From Lingula anatina (taxonomy: Eukaryota; Animalia; Brachiopoda): a DNA stretch of 64,000 bases. The notes under the pieces were generated by a model. The model searched no databases, had not been told where the DNA came from, and saw only the letters and a program-made list of their open reading frames with translations. The DNA lies in contig CM120645.1 of the NCBI GenBank assembly GCA_051362555.1, positions 3,782,001 to 3,846,000 of the forward strand, given 5' to 3'. Of the stretch, positions 53,401-62,890 are shown piece after piece. A program made the position numbers and the translations under genes. Numbering within the stretch: position 1 is the stretch's first letter; each line of letters starts with the position of its first letter.

Positions 53401-56400
53401 AACTAATTGCATCACTTGATCATTGGATGAATTGGCATATTTCGCATACATATACAAAGATTTTGACAATGCTTTGAAGACTCCAACACACACTTATAAG
53501 ATGCTGACTAGTGAAGGGGCGGATCCAGAGTTATTTTCTGACAGTCTTCCAATTTATCTTTGTTGATCCATCTTCCATTTTTGACCGTCTTCCGACAGAA
53601 AAAATTAGATACCCGTCAATGTAAACTTGACAAATCTGACCGTCTTCCGGAAGACCCAGAAGACGCCCTAAATCCGCCCCTGTAGTGGGCCCTAGATTCT
53701 GGCAAAGCATGGGTTAGGTCTTTGTAGGGCTGTGAATTTTCACAGGACCAAAACCTGAATTTGTATCCACCCATCAGGGCTTCAATTATCTCAAAATAAA
53801 ATGATTTCTGAAAGAACATTCACAATACAAATTTATAAAATAAGGGAATAAAATAATTACTGCTGTAATTGACACGCATAGACCACTCATGAAACCTTCC
53901 CTATTAAAGTTCTTGGCTACGGAAATGATGTTGAGCACTGACAGAATAAAAAAATGGAAAAAAAAGTACTATCTTGTTTTTATATACTACATTGTCATTT
54001 CATTATGTCTCAGTGGGATTTACGATAGACCAGGCTTACTATAGCTTATTTTAGCATGACATTTCATCATCGCTACATTTCAACATTGGTCTGGATTTGC
54101 ACTGACTGTAACTATATTTGTTCCCACCTCCCTGGGGAGGGTATAATATTATTCATGCATGGTCCTTAAGTTATTAAGTTACCACGGAATTATCAGTGCA
54201 ATGTTTAGAAGAGTTTTATCAAATTATTAAGTTAGATCTACTGTGATTCCTCAGGTAGTCATTCCCACTTCCCACAGAAATATTTCCATTGAGCCCAGGT
54301 AATAAAAAAACATCAAGAAAATGAAATGACACCTTCAAACCAAAACCACTGATATGACTTCATCAGCAAAATGACAATAACAGTTCTTTTTTTTTTTTTT
54401 AACTAGAAAAATAATGTTCATGTTCAAAACTATAAGATGATAATTTAACAACCAGTTTCATATACTAGTAAAGGCATTTTTATTAGCCTGACTCTGGCTA
54501 ATAGGGTAAATATTAACTTAACTTATTAAAAACAGTTAAAACCATTTCAATATTTTTTCTATTACTATTTTAATAGTTAAAACAACTAAAGGCGTAATCA
54601 TTCAAACTGCACAGTGCACTTACATCTAATAGACACTTTTTGATAATCTGAACTCCCACGTTATTAACTTGCTGATTGCTTTGCCAGATTTTGCGTAGGC
54701 TGTTGCATAAGAGTCTAAGGATTTAGTCAATCACAGCAACCAGACTTAGCGCAAAGTTTTCCCAGAATTGATGTTAATTTCTCCAGGGTTTGAATCATAG
54801 CTATCTACTTCATTATCACTTTGACCTGGATTTGTAGCTCTTGTTGAATAATACAACAAATCTGTACTGACTGTTAATAAGACATTCTGTCTGTCATCTT
54901 ACTGGTCCTTTCTCGCTGAATTGGCACATTCAGATTTTTGTTACCCTCGCCAACAAAGAGGCAGAGTTTTCTTTAGCACTAGATTGTCTGAATGCATATA
55001 TCTGCTTGCTAGTGGAAATGCAAGATTATTTCATCAGCAAAATCACCATGTAAAAATTCTTGACAAATTTTGATGAATTTTTCAGGATAGACAGATACTC
55101 AGGAGGCGTGGAGGTGATTATGAGTTAAATTGAACTTAGATCTCCTGACAATTTAATTATCTTTGTTGCCTTAATTTATTTCCAGACATCTCCTTGGAAT
55201 GCTATGTTCTTAAAGTAATAATTTTAAATAGATGATGCTTCAATGTTCCAAGATGCATGCCTATTCCTGAAAGGATTTTTCACGTCTAGTATAGTCACTA
55301 AGAACAGACCGATTCTGACAAGACCTGTCAGTTCTACTGTATTTCCAATTATTGCTTGACCTTTATTTTTCTCTCTAGTGTGATAGGCTTCAGTATGGAC
55401 ATGATTTTGATCCAAATTTAATGACTGGAAATGTAATAATTTTGAAAGCTTTCTGTAAGTGTTAAGGTTTTAATGTGAAAACCTAGCTTAAACAGTGGCT
55501 TAATATCTATAGGTACATGTGTGATGAGTAGGCTAAAATGTAAAGCTTTTATTGATTTTATTTCACCAAATTTTCAAGTTTATGGATATGATTCTGAAAT
55601 GTTCATGTTAATCAAATGTTTTTTTTTATATCAGTTGTGATGATTAACTTTTAAGTTAATTTTAAGTTCTTTTAAATTCACTTTAGAACGCTCTTTTTTT
55701 TTGGGGGGGGGGGGCTATGAATAAATTTATCTAGAACACTCAATAAAGCCACTTTCCCATTTATTTTTAATAATTTTTATTTATTTTTGATAATTATCAA
55801 TATATGTTTATTCTCTTATAATAACTGAAAAATCCTCAAAGTTCTTAATTTTATTCATTTTTAATCTTTCTGTTCATCTATACATTTATTCACCCACTAG
55901 GCATTTGTTCAATAATTTTATTCATCCATTTTAATTGATCTAATGGAGGTTAAATTAATTATTTACAGTATGTTTGAAACTGTGGTAGAGATGTGATGGT
56001 TGAGAGGATTAGGCAGCATAAATTAATAAATAGATGAATAAATAAGTAGATATATAGGTGGATACTAGAAGACAGACAGATAGGTGGGGTAGTGCTAGCA
56101 TTTTTTTTTTTTTTCGCTTAGCCAAATCACCACTTTTTTGTCAATTTGTTATCCAAAAGATTATAATTTGACTAAAACAAGCCAAATCAAGCCCTTTTTG
56201 TTTAGCAAATTTTAAGTCAGTTTTAGCATTTGGATAAATTGGTGAGTGTTAGCGATACCCCAGGATAGGTATAAGTACATACACAGTGTGTACATGCGGA
56301 TACACTGTACATGATATGCATGTATGTAGCAAGTATTCATCACCTCAAATCTTGCTTCCCAATATATTAGTGGCAATGAAATTTATTAGACCATGATAAC

Positions 56401-56830
56401 CTTACATCTGGATAGACATACCTATTGCAATGCCGACCACAATGCGTCCTGCAAGCAGCATATACTTGTCAATGGCGAGCCCCATAATTATGGACCCCAC
56501 TGTAAAGATTAGGCTGGCCGTAACGATAACAGGCTTGCGACCGAAACTGTCATTCAACACACCGCCAACTAAGGCAAACACGGCGGCCGCTCCTATCGTT
56601 ACACTCACTATAAGTTCCTGCCACAGGGAGTCCAGGCGGAACTCTTCTCGCAAGAGGATCATTGCTCCTGAAACCACCCCTGTGTCATACCCAAAGAGGA
56701 ATCCACCGATTGCTGAGAACAGTGTCAAAACGTAAACAAACGCTGGAGTTCGTTGTTCTTGCCCGATGCGGTCCATTCTTAGCGCAGAGTCGTCGTCCGA
56801 GTCATGCCCAAGGGTATTTGGGCGTTCCAT
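26929..56830 (-). CDS. SLC2A13: H+/myo-inositol cotransporter HMIT/GLUT13 (MFS sugar porter), 11 exons with an alternative exon 2; 594 aa (2a) or 593 aa (2b)
   Basis: Exons (minus): 56830-56422, [50903-50744 or 48630-48474], 42352-42278, 41911-41775, 41525-41414, 40859-40696, 31428-31323, 30400-30252, 29952-29860, 28580-28428, 27155-26929. Motifs: [51 protein letters not shown], the HMIT-specific Cys-rich exofacial loop (CDQCM...CGFCY...NGSC...GRC...WAYDYCPT), [39 protein letters not shown]. Confidence 0.96.
30443..30705. mobile_element. Fold-back MITE (GAGnGCATTCAGAA-type termini, PIF/Harbinger-like)
   Basis: Termini GAGGGTACTCAGAA / TTCTGAATGCCCTC. Inner arms CACTAAAAAGCAG/CTGCTTTTTAGTG and TAATCCCCTGATGG/CCATCAGGGGATTA. 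Confidence 0.6.
31087..31285. mobile_element. Fold-back MITE, same terminal family
   Basis: Termini GAGCACAATTAGAACAG / CTGTTCTGAATGCGCTC; arms GATCAAATATGGC / GCCATATTTGATC; flanks TAA and CAA. Confidence 0.6.
31897..34530 (-). mobile_element. Helentron/HINE element, family B, copy 2, with an internal duplication of about 1.1 kb (SLC2A13 intron 6)
   Basis: Same termini as 8194-10580. The block at about 32455-33625 recurs, partly deleted, at about 33626-34530. Confidence 0.72.
36091..36268. repeat. Minisatellite, 4 x 44 bp (ATAGCTAGGACCTACCCAGACCTAGTTGTAGTGGGCCCTAGTTC)
   Basis: Unit starts at 36091, 36135, 36179, 36223; contiguous with no spacers. Confidence 0.92.
36489..38816 (-). mobile_element. 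Helentron/HINE-type element, family A, copy 2, with about 8 internal 146-bp tandem units (SLC2A13 intron 6)
   Basis: Same termini and core as 6283-8047. Unit marks (TCAAAGGTCA) at 36700, 36844, 36990, 37136, 37282, 37428, 37574, 37720. Confidence 0.75.
44376..44420. repeat. (TAAA)n microsatellite
   Basis: About 11 perfect units. Confidence 0.9.
45825..46080. mobile_element. Fold-back MITE (GGGnnCATTCCCA-type termini)
   Basis: Perfect arms AGATTGATCCAACTCTGCAGGGACTCT / AGAGTCCCTGCAGAGTTGGATCAATCT; outer ATTCCCA / TGGGAAT. Confidence 0.6.
48474..48630 (-). CDS. SLC2A13: SLC2A13 alternative exon 2b (157 nt; TM4-TM5), hexose-transporter-like; absent from the ORF track
   Basis: tttgtcgcag|GT...TGG AG|gtagga, phase 1 to phase 2, no stop codons. 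Encodes [53 protein letters not shown]. About 57% GC by hand count within an AT-rich intron. Confidence 0.9.
50046..50347. mobile_element. Fold-back MITE (about 300-nt hairpin) between SLC2A13 exons 2a and 2b
   Basis: Arms CAGAATAGAAGATC/GATCTTCTATTCTG, ATGGCAGACCCTACATGAAAGGAAGAC/GTCTTCCTTTCATGTAGGGTCTGCCAT (perfect 27 bp) and CCTCTCACACACCTC/GAGGCGTGTGAGAGG. Confidence 0.7.
50744..50903 (-). CDS. SLC2A13: SLC2A13 alternative exon 2a (160 nt; TM4-TM5), HMIT-like
   Basis: ttttcag|GT...TGG AG|gtttgt, phase 1 to phase 2. Encodes [54 protein letters not shown]. Confidence 0.92.
51441..51809. repeat. Minisatellite, about 6 x 63 bp, in SLC2A13 intron 1
   Basis: Unit AAATGTTGGTAGGCAGGACAACAAAGAGATAAGATTGGCTGCCTGTGATTAGAAATTGTAACT; gives the 21-aa repeating ORF at 51428-51754. 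Confidence 0.92.
53514..53682. mobile_element. 169-bp MITE, copy 2 (5-bp TSD TAGTG)
   Basis: Same internal sequence and TIRs as 17027-17195; TAGTG on both sides. Confidence 0.85.
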
Positions 56831-57234
56831 TTTGGGTTAAAAAATGTCTCCCTAGAATAATCCCATTTTAGCAAGAAACTACCGCATGATACTGCCAACC
56901 ATCGGCCAAACCACCACAATGATCTTTCATTCTTACCGGTGCCTCATAACGAACTTGCATGTACATGCCATTATTCAAAATAGTGCAACAAAAACGGACT
57001 TTTATTTCACTTTATTTGATAAGTACAACTTCATCTTGGATTTTACTTAAAATCTTGAAGAACTAATAACTATTATTGGGTAAGTGCTCCAAATTTAGAC
57101 ATAAATAAACAATATTTCCAATACATATATTCATACGCACCAAGGGTTAATGTCATTTGAAGGTCGGGTCAAATTTGTTGTCGTGTACCATTTCCGCATA
57201 TGGTAGAAGAGAAAGTACCCAAGCTAGAACGATC
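56831..57234. promoter_or_regulatory. Probable bidirectional promoter shared by SLC2A13 and MGLL
   Basis: Divergent ATGs separated by 404 bp; CpG-rich first exons flank an AT-rich core. Confidence 0.55.
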
Positions 57235-60200
57235 ATGACTCAGGCCAGTGAAAAACAAACTCCTCAAGGTGTCCCCTACAGCACCGTGCCTCATTTCGTC
57301 AGCAACGTTGGCCACACAATCTTTTGCAAGTATTGGGATACGAAGTTCAAAGAGGACAGCCGGAAACCGAGGTTAGGAAACCGTGACGGTTTTGTTGTGG
57401 GCTACCGCAGCTGGGTATATGTACCGTGTATCTCAGCCTCTGTAAAGCGTAATAACTTTCATGTATGATACTTGTGCGAACATATAAAGTTGAATCATGT
57501 TTTATTTGATAATCAAAGTATAATGGGGAAATTTAGGCCTGGCACCACGGCAAATTATATGAATTTTCCCCCCTTTTTTTCCAGAGCCCTGTTGTTCATT
57601 GCTCATGGTTTAAATGAGCACTGTTTGTGGTACGACATCCTAGCAGAGCCTCTGGCGGACAAAGATGTATTGACCTTCTCCCATGATAGCTGTAAGAGAA
57701 ATCTCTCTCTCTCTCATTCACACACACACACGCACACACATATCTTGTATGATTTTAATTAAAATAAATGAATTAAAGACAGTGGCATTGAACTGTGCAT
57801 TCATAAGATATAGTATTGCACTTGAAAAAGTTTTCTCTGTTCACCAATCCTCTTTCACATTCTGTATACTAGTCTCTTACATATGGATACAGCAATACAA
57901 CATACATGTAGCTCAATACTGTCTTCATTTTGTTGGCTTAAATTTTGTGGTATTCTTCTTGTGATATTTCAGATGGCCACGGGCAGAGTGAAGGAACACG
58001 AGTTGACTTAGAAGATTGGTCCATTTACATTAAAGATATCTTTCAACACTGTGATGAAATGAAGGAAAAGTATTCAGACATTCCACTGTTCTTACTGGGA
58101 CATTCACTGGTAATCTTTAATTATTATCAAATTGAAAGATTGTCAGAAAAATTTTAGGTGTTGCTCTTGGAAAATCCAAAGGGTTGTGTTTCCATATCAA
58201 GTTCATTGCAAATATAATTTACTCTGATTAATCAAAATCTTCATTGTCAATTTACTCCTCTTTCTATTTATACATTGATTTTTATTAATTATTTTATCAT
58301 AAAAAATTAATAGCAGTCAACTGCATCTAATTTACATTACAATACAATGCCGCCAAATACTCATTTGTATGTAAATGAATAATTTACACTAACTAATGCT
58401 AATTAGGAATCATTATTTGCAAATATAATTTACTCTGATTAATCAAAATCATCATTGATCAATTTACTAGGCCCTTTTCAATGTAATCATGGAATTTACT
58501 CATTTTTTAATCAGATAAAATTCAGTCTGGCCAACTATATATAACTTACATTCTTAAATTTTTTTGTCTCAAAACAACATAGTATAATGTTAACATGGTT
58601 AACTATTTTCAGGGAGGGGCAATGGCTATCACGGCCACTCTAGAAAGACCTGATTATTTCCGTGGGATGATCCTGATAGCACCCAGTGTAGTGCCTCATC
58701 CAGACAATGTCACTCCTTTTAAAGTCAGTATAGTTTTCTTACCATATAAGGAGTATATAGCTGTTACCCACAAATTCCAATCACTGTACTAAAATTATGA
58801 GTAATTAGTATGATCATTGGGATATGCAATAAAGCAGTGTTTATATTTTGCACACCCTGAACTTCAGATAATAATAAACCATATTTGGCTGGCTTTAATT
58901 TAACCTATATTTAATTTTGATTTTAAATAAGCCAAAATACAGGGTGCATTTTCAGCCTCTTTTAATTCATTTGTGTTAAACAAGGTCTTTTACAAACTTA
59001 CAATAACCTAGATACATCATGAAATTTTTAAGAAGTTTTTTCTCTTCATAATTCCAATCATTTAACAGGTGTTTTTAGCTAAGATTCTTGCCAGATGGAC
59101 ACCCCAACTTCAGTTGGGGAAATTACCACATGATAACATGTGCAGGAACAAAGACGTGGTAGGCTTTGGATGTGGATCCTGAATTATCTTCTGTGGTTTA
59201 TGTGCCTGTTGTGTGCTGATTGTTTTTAGCTTAATCCTTAGGTGTGTTGTAGAGAGACTATGAAGTTTGCATTCCTTTTGGTGTTTTTGAGTGTAATTCA
59301 TCAGTGGAAGAAACCATGAATATGAGGTTGATCATGATGTTTTTTAACACACAAGGTGTGGCATGGAAAAATATACCATTAAGATTTTGCAAAATATGCA
59401 TTTTAAATATGCCAAAACATACTTCATTTTGGTGGGGTTTTTTTTCTAAATAAAATAATATTTTGAATTATGTAAGTTTCATGATTTCCATTTTACAATC
59501 TTATTATTGAAGTTTTTTTTCACTGATGAGGTGTTGATATTTCATCTTTGTAGCAATCTTATTGTAATAAATTATCTTAATGTTTAACCTAGATGTTTCA
59601 AAACAATTCACAGAGCTACCTGCTAGATATAACTTTTGGACCTTGTGGTTTTTCTACCAGAAAAAAAACAATTTTTTTGTGGGAACTGAAGCTTTTGAGC
59701 TGTATTTTTACAAGTTTGAAGAATTTGTTAAGTGTTTGTTAGTTTATCATTTGTTCTTGTTAAAACGCTACTACTTGCTAAATTAAAGATTGCATTTTAG
59801 CTAACAAGTATTTCAGTTCCCAAACTATTTTGATTTATTCATTTGTCAGACAAATAGTCTTACACAAAGGTGAAGGTCAGGCTGCAAAGGTGAAGGCCAA
59901 AGAAGCATATTTCTTTGAAGGTCAAAGTAGGTGATATTCCTTATCCTTTTGAAAGAGGAAAGTGCTTGCAAGATGAAGAAGTAGTCTTGTTTTCATAATA
60001 AGATCAAATGGCTGTTTCAAGATTTAGATATGACCACTACTTAAACACATCAACTGACATTAAATTTGTTGCCAACATGTGAACACAAATAGTGATAAGT
60101 TATTTCTAATTTGAATCGTTGTAAATAGACATATTGCTGGGCTGTAGCCCATTGAATAACTGGTCAGTTTTGTGTGTAGTGGTTTTATTTAAACCTAAAA

Positions 60201-62890
60201 CCAGCCTAAGGTAATACTGATGTGAACAAGACTTATCTTTGCAAGATATCTCTGCTGCAACTTCTTCTTTAGAGAGGTTTCTGAGGGGTCCACTCTTGCA
60301 TATTGATTTCGTTTTTAGCCATTTTAAAGGTTTTGTAAATGAAAAATGATATCATTTTTAGATCATATCAAGGAATTTGATTTTAAAGGACATTTTATTT
60401 TTTAAGTTGGCTAAAAATAATTAGGTGCAGAGTGGATCTGTATTTAAATAGAGAGTGCCTAACAAACTTTGCTTGCTTAAACTTAACAGCTTTTGCATGT
60501 GCATGTTTTTTTTCAGCTGTGGTTGGCTCACTGGATAGCTTGGTTATTTCCTCAAATGCAGCTGACTACTATTGATCGCACTCTTAACACAAGAGCACAA
60601 GAAATGGTATTTTGTTTAACTTAGTTCTATTTTGCTAGCAAAACAGTTTTTATTTATTTATTTATTATTATTATTTTATTTATTTATTTTTAATTTATTT
60701 TTTATTATTTTTTATTTATTTATTTATTTATTATTTTTTTTTTTTGCATATGTGATGTTCAGATTTCAGGTGTCATATTTTATAGTTTGTAATACAAAGT
60801 GCCATAATTGCACAACTGGTATCTTAGCCCCACCGAGTTAGTGGTACCTTCAACAGTATGCATGTGTTTGAGCATTAAAACTATTCAACTTTAGTCGGAA
60901 AATGTATTTTAGGTCTGGGGCTTTGGTATATAATAATCTGACATTGATTCAAGAGGAAATTAGTTTAAATGGATTATTTAGTATATTTTAACATATTATT
61001 AGAGATGATCATTTTCTTAGCTGAAACTTAATATTGTGAAGTTTTAGATATAAATATTGTTTATATAAAATTACTTATGCCGTATTATAACTAATAATCC
61101 AAGTTGAATTCTTAAGTAAAAGTTTTACTGTTTACCGCAAAAAATCAGCGTGGCTTTCTTTAATTTTCAAGAAATAGGAAGTAAATGAAGTGCTTAACCT
61201 TAACTAACTTTGAAGGTACAATCACATGATCAAGAGTAAATTACTGTACATACCCCCATAATTTCTTTTCCCAGGTAGAGAAGTATAATGCAGATCCACT
61301 GGTTTGGCAGGGAGGAATGAAGGCAAGGTGAGCAAGACATTATATAAATAAAATTTATTTAGGTTGCATCATGGTTAAGTAAGTAGACAACATACTGATA
61401 GAAAAATATGCATTATGATAGGAGAGATTATTCTCTATACACAATGTTAATTTTTCCCTTGCTTTACTACAGTCAATTCTCTTTATTGACACTATATTAA
61501 ACAGGTTTGGCGTGAGTGCCTTGAAAGGGTTAAAAGCCATCGAGGCCAACTTGCACGCAGTCACCACACCATTTCTGGTCCTTCATGGAACTGGGGACAG
61601 GATAACTGACCACAAGGGATCAGAAATGCTCCACGAGAAGGCTCAAAGTACAGACAAGACAATCAAGGTATAGAATATTAAGATGTCAGTCGTGTTCACA
61701 TCGAGATTGAATTAAAACTTATTTAAGGCTGTGTTCACATGAAAAATCTGTTTTCTAAAAATCTATTTGCGGTATCTTGTGATCACGGTCTGTGCCCTGA
61801 ATACCCCACGGCTTAATTACGGGCAGCACGAGCCAGTTACTTCCAAAGCTGTAATTAATTCTCGCCGCGGGGTACTCCGAGAAGTAGATGCGCAAATTAC
61901 TTACCTAGTAAGAATTAAATGGCTGCATGGCACTAGAGACTTTAAGTCTGTTTACCTAAATCACCACCCAGAAAACAGGTGAGAGTATAATTGCTGAGCA
62001 GTTGTATGAATAGGGCTGAATAACAGAGAGATTTCACAGGTGAGAAGTTCAAGAATTAGTGCAGGTGCTTTCTGGTATCATCCAGAGTTCTAGAGATTAC
62101 TGAAAACTCACCTGTGTAATCAACAAGGCTCAAGTGTCTTATGTTCAGTATCCTGTATCCTGATAATGGAGGCGGGTTGTCTGGCATTGGAGATATTACA
62201 AATTACTTACTGTTTTTGGAAAATACAATTAATCTTTTTTTTTTGTTTTTTCAAATTTTTTAAATTTTTTATAATAATTTTTTTTATAATTTTATAATTA
62301 CTATGTCAGTCAATGTAACTTACGCCTTGATGCCAGGAATAAAAGTCAAAGACCCAGATGTATCACATGAATGCTAGTTCACTAATTGATCAGCAAATCG
62401 CATTCAAAATGTTGCTTTTTTTAGTCTTCACATACCATATTGTCTGCCTAGGCATTTGTGGGGTGTTGTTTGTTGCCTGCAGGCTAGATTTTTTTATCAG
62501 GTTCAAATCAGATGTGATTATTGTTTAATGTGCACTGTTATAATGACCATTTGAAATTCATCAGACAATTTAATTTTGACCGGTAGGAAAATTGGACACA
62601 TTGGTAACTAAGACCCCATTCCCAGAGATTAGATCGATCCAACTAGATCGACCTAACTCCCCGGGACGGACATTTAAGCCGGATTATCTGACAGTAATCT
62701 AGTGAGACTCCCCAGGGGGATAGATCGATCTAAAATCTATGGGAATGCACCCTAAAAGTGTATCTTTTCATTTCAGCTTTATGATGGTTACTACCACCAG
62801 CTTCACTACGAACCCGATGATGATGGTGCTGAAGTGCGACAGGACATCTTTGATTGGATTCTGGCAAGAATTGATGCACCCTCTGGCTAG
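57235..62890 (+). CDS. MGLL: Monoglyceride lipase (alpha/beta hydrolase), 8 exons with an alternative exon 5, 303 aa
   Basis: Exons: 57235-57371, 57585-57691, 57973-58109, 58613-58723, [59069-59158 or 60517-60606], 61275-61327, 61505-61667, 62777-62890; total 912 nt. Motifs: QTPQGVPY, oxyanion AHGLNEH, HD.YGHGQSEG.R, nucleophile GHSLGG, YNADPL, PFLVLHGTGD (catalytic Asp), YDGYYHQLHYE (catalytic His). Confidence 0.93.
59069..59158 (+). CDS. MGLL: MGLL alternative exon 5a (90 nt, cap/lid segment)
   Basis: tttaacag|GTG...GAC GTG|gtaggc, phase 0-0. Encodes VFLAKILARWTPQLQLGKLPHDNMCRNKDV. Confidence 0.88.
60494..60505 (+). promoter_or_regulatory. Tandem RBFOX elements (TGCATG-TGCATG) between the branch point and polypyrimidine tract of MGLL exon 5b
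   Basis: cttaac (branch-like, 60482-60487), then agcttt TGCATG TGCATG ttttttttcag|exon 5b. Confidence 0.6.
60517..60606 (+). CDS. MGLL: MGLL alternative exon 5b (90 nt, cap/lid segment)
   Basis: ttttttttcag|CTG...GAA ATG|gtattt, phase 0-0. Encodes LWLAHWIAWLFPQMQLTTIDRTLNTRAQEM, which aligns without gaps to exon 5a (LA..., PQ.QL, R at the same position). Confidence 0.85.
62612..62752. mobile_element. Short MITE with TAA target duplication (PIF/Harbinger-like), 24 nt upstream of the last MGLL exon
   Basis: CATTCCCAGAGATTAGATCGATC / GATCGATCTAAAATCTATGGGAATG; TAA at 62609-62611 and 62753-62755. Confidence 0.6.

Noticed and set aside
53681-53695. 15-bp match TGTAGTGGGCCCTAG with the 44-bp minisatellite unit
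   Set aside because: Part of the match is created by the MITE end plus TSD; too short to infer a relationship.
42353-56421. A third copy of SLC2A13 exon 2
   Set aside because: A visual scan for the GWR-donor signature (acctcca on the plus strand) found only 2a and 2b. A diverged copy cannot be excluded without tblastn.
58206-58468. Direct repeat of about 50 bp in MGLL intron 3 (58206-58256, 58417-58468)
   Set aside because: AT-rich local duplication with no coding or structural signal.
58848-58950. Imperfect hairpin (CACCCTG/CAGGGTG, TTTGGCT/AGCCAAA) upstream of MGLL exon 5a as a docking-site structure
   Set aside because: Stems are short and I found no competing partner near exon 5b; it may be a MITE remnant.
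59159-61274. Further MGLL exon 5 copies at acceptors near 59241, 60769 and 60912
   Set aside because: The phase-0 frames run into stop codons and do not resemble the lid segment.
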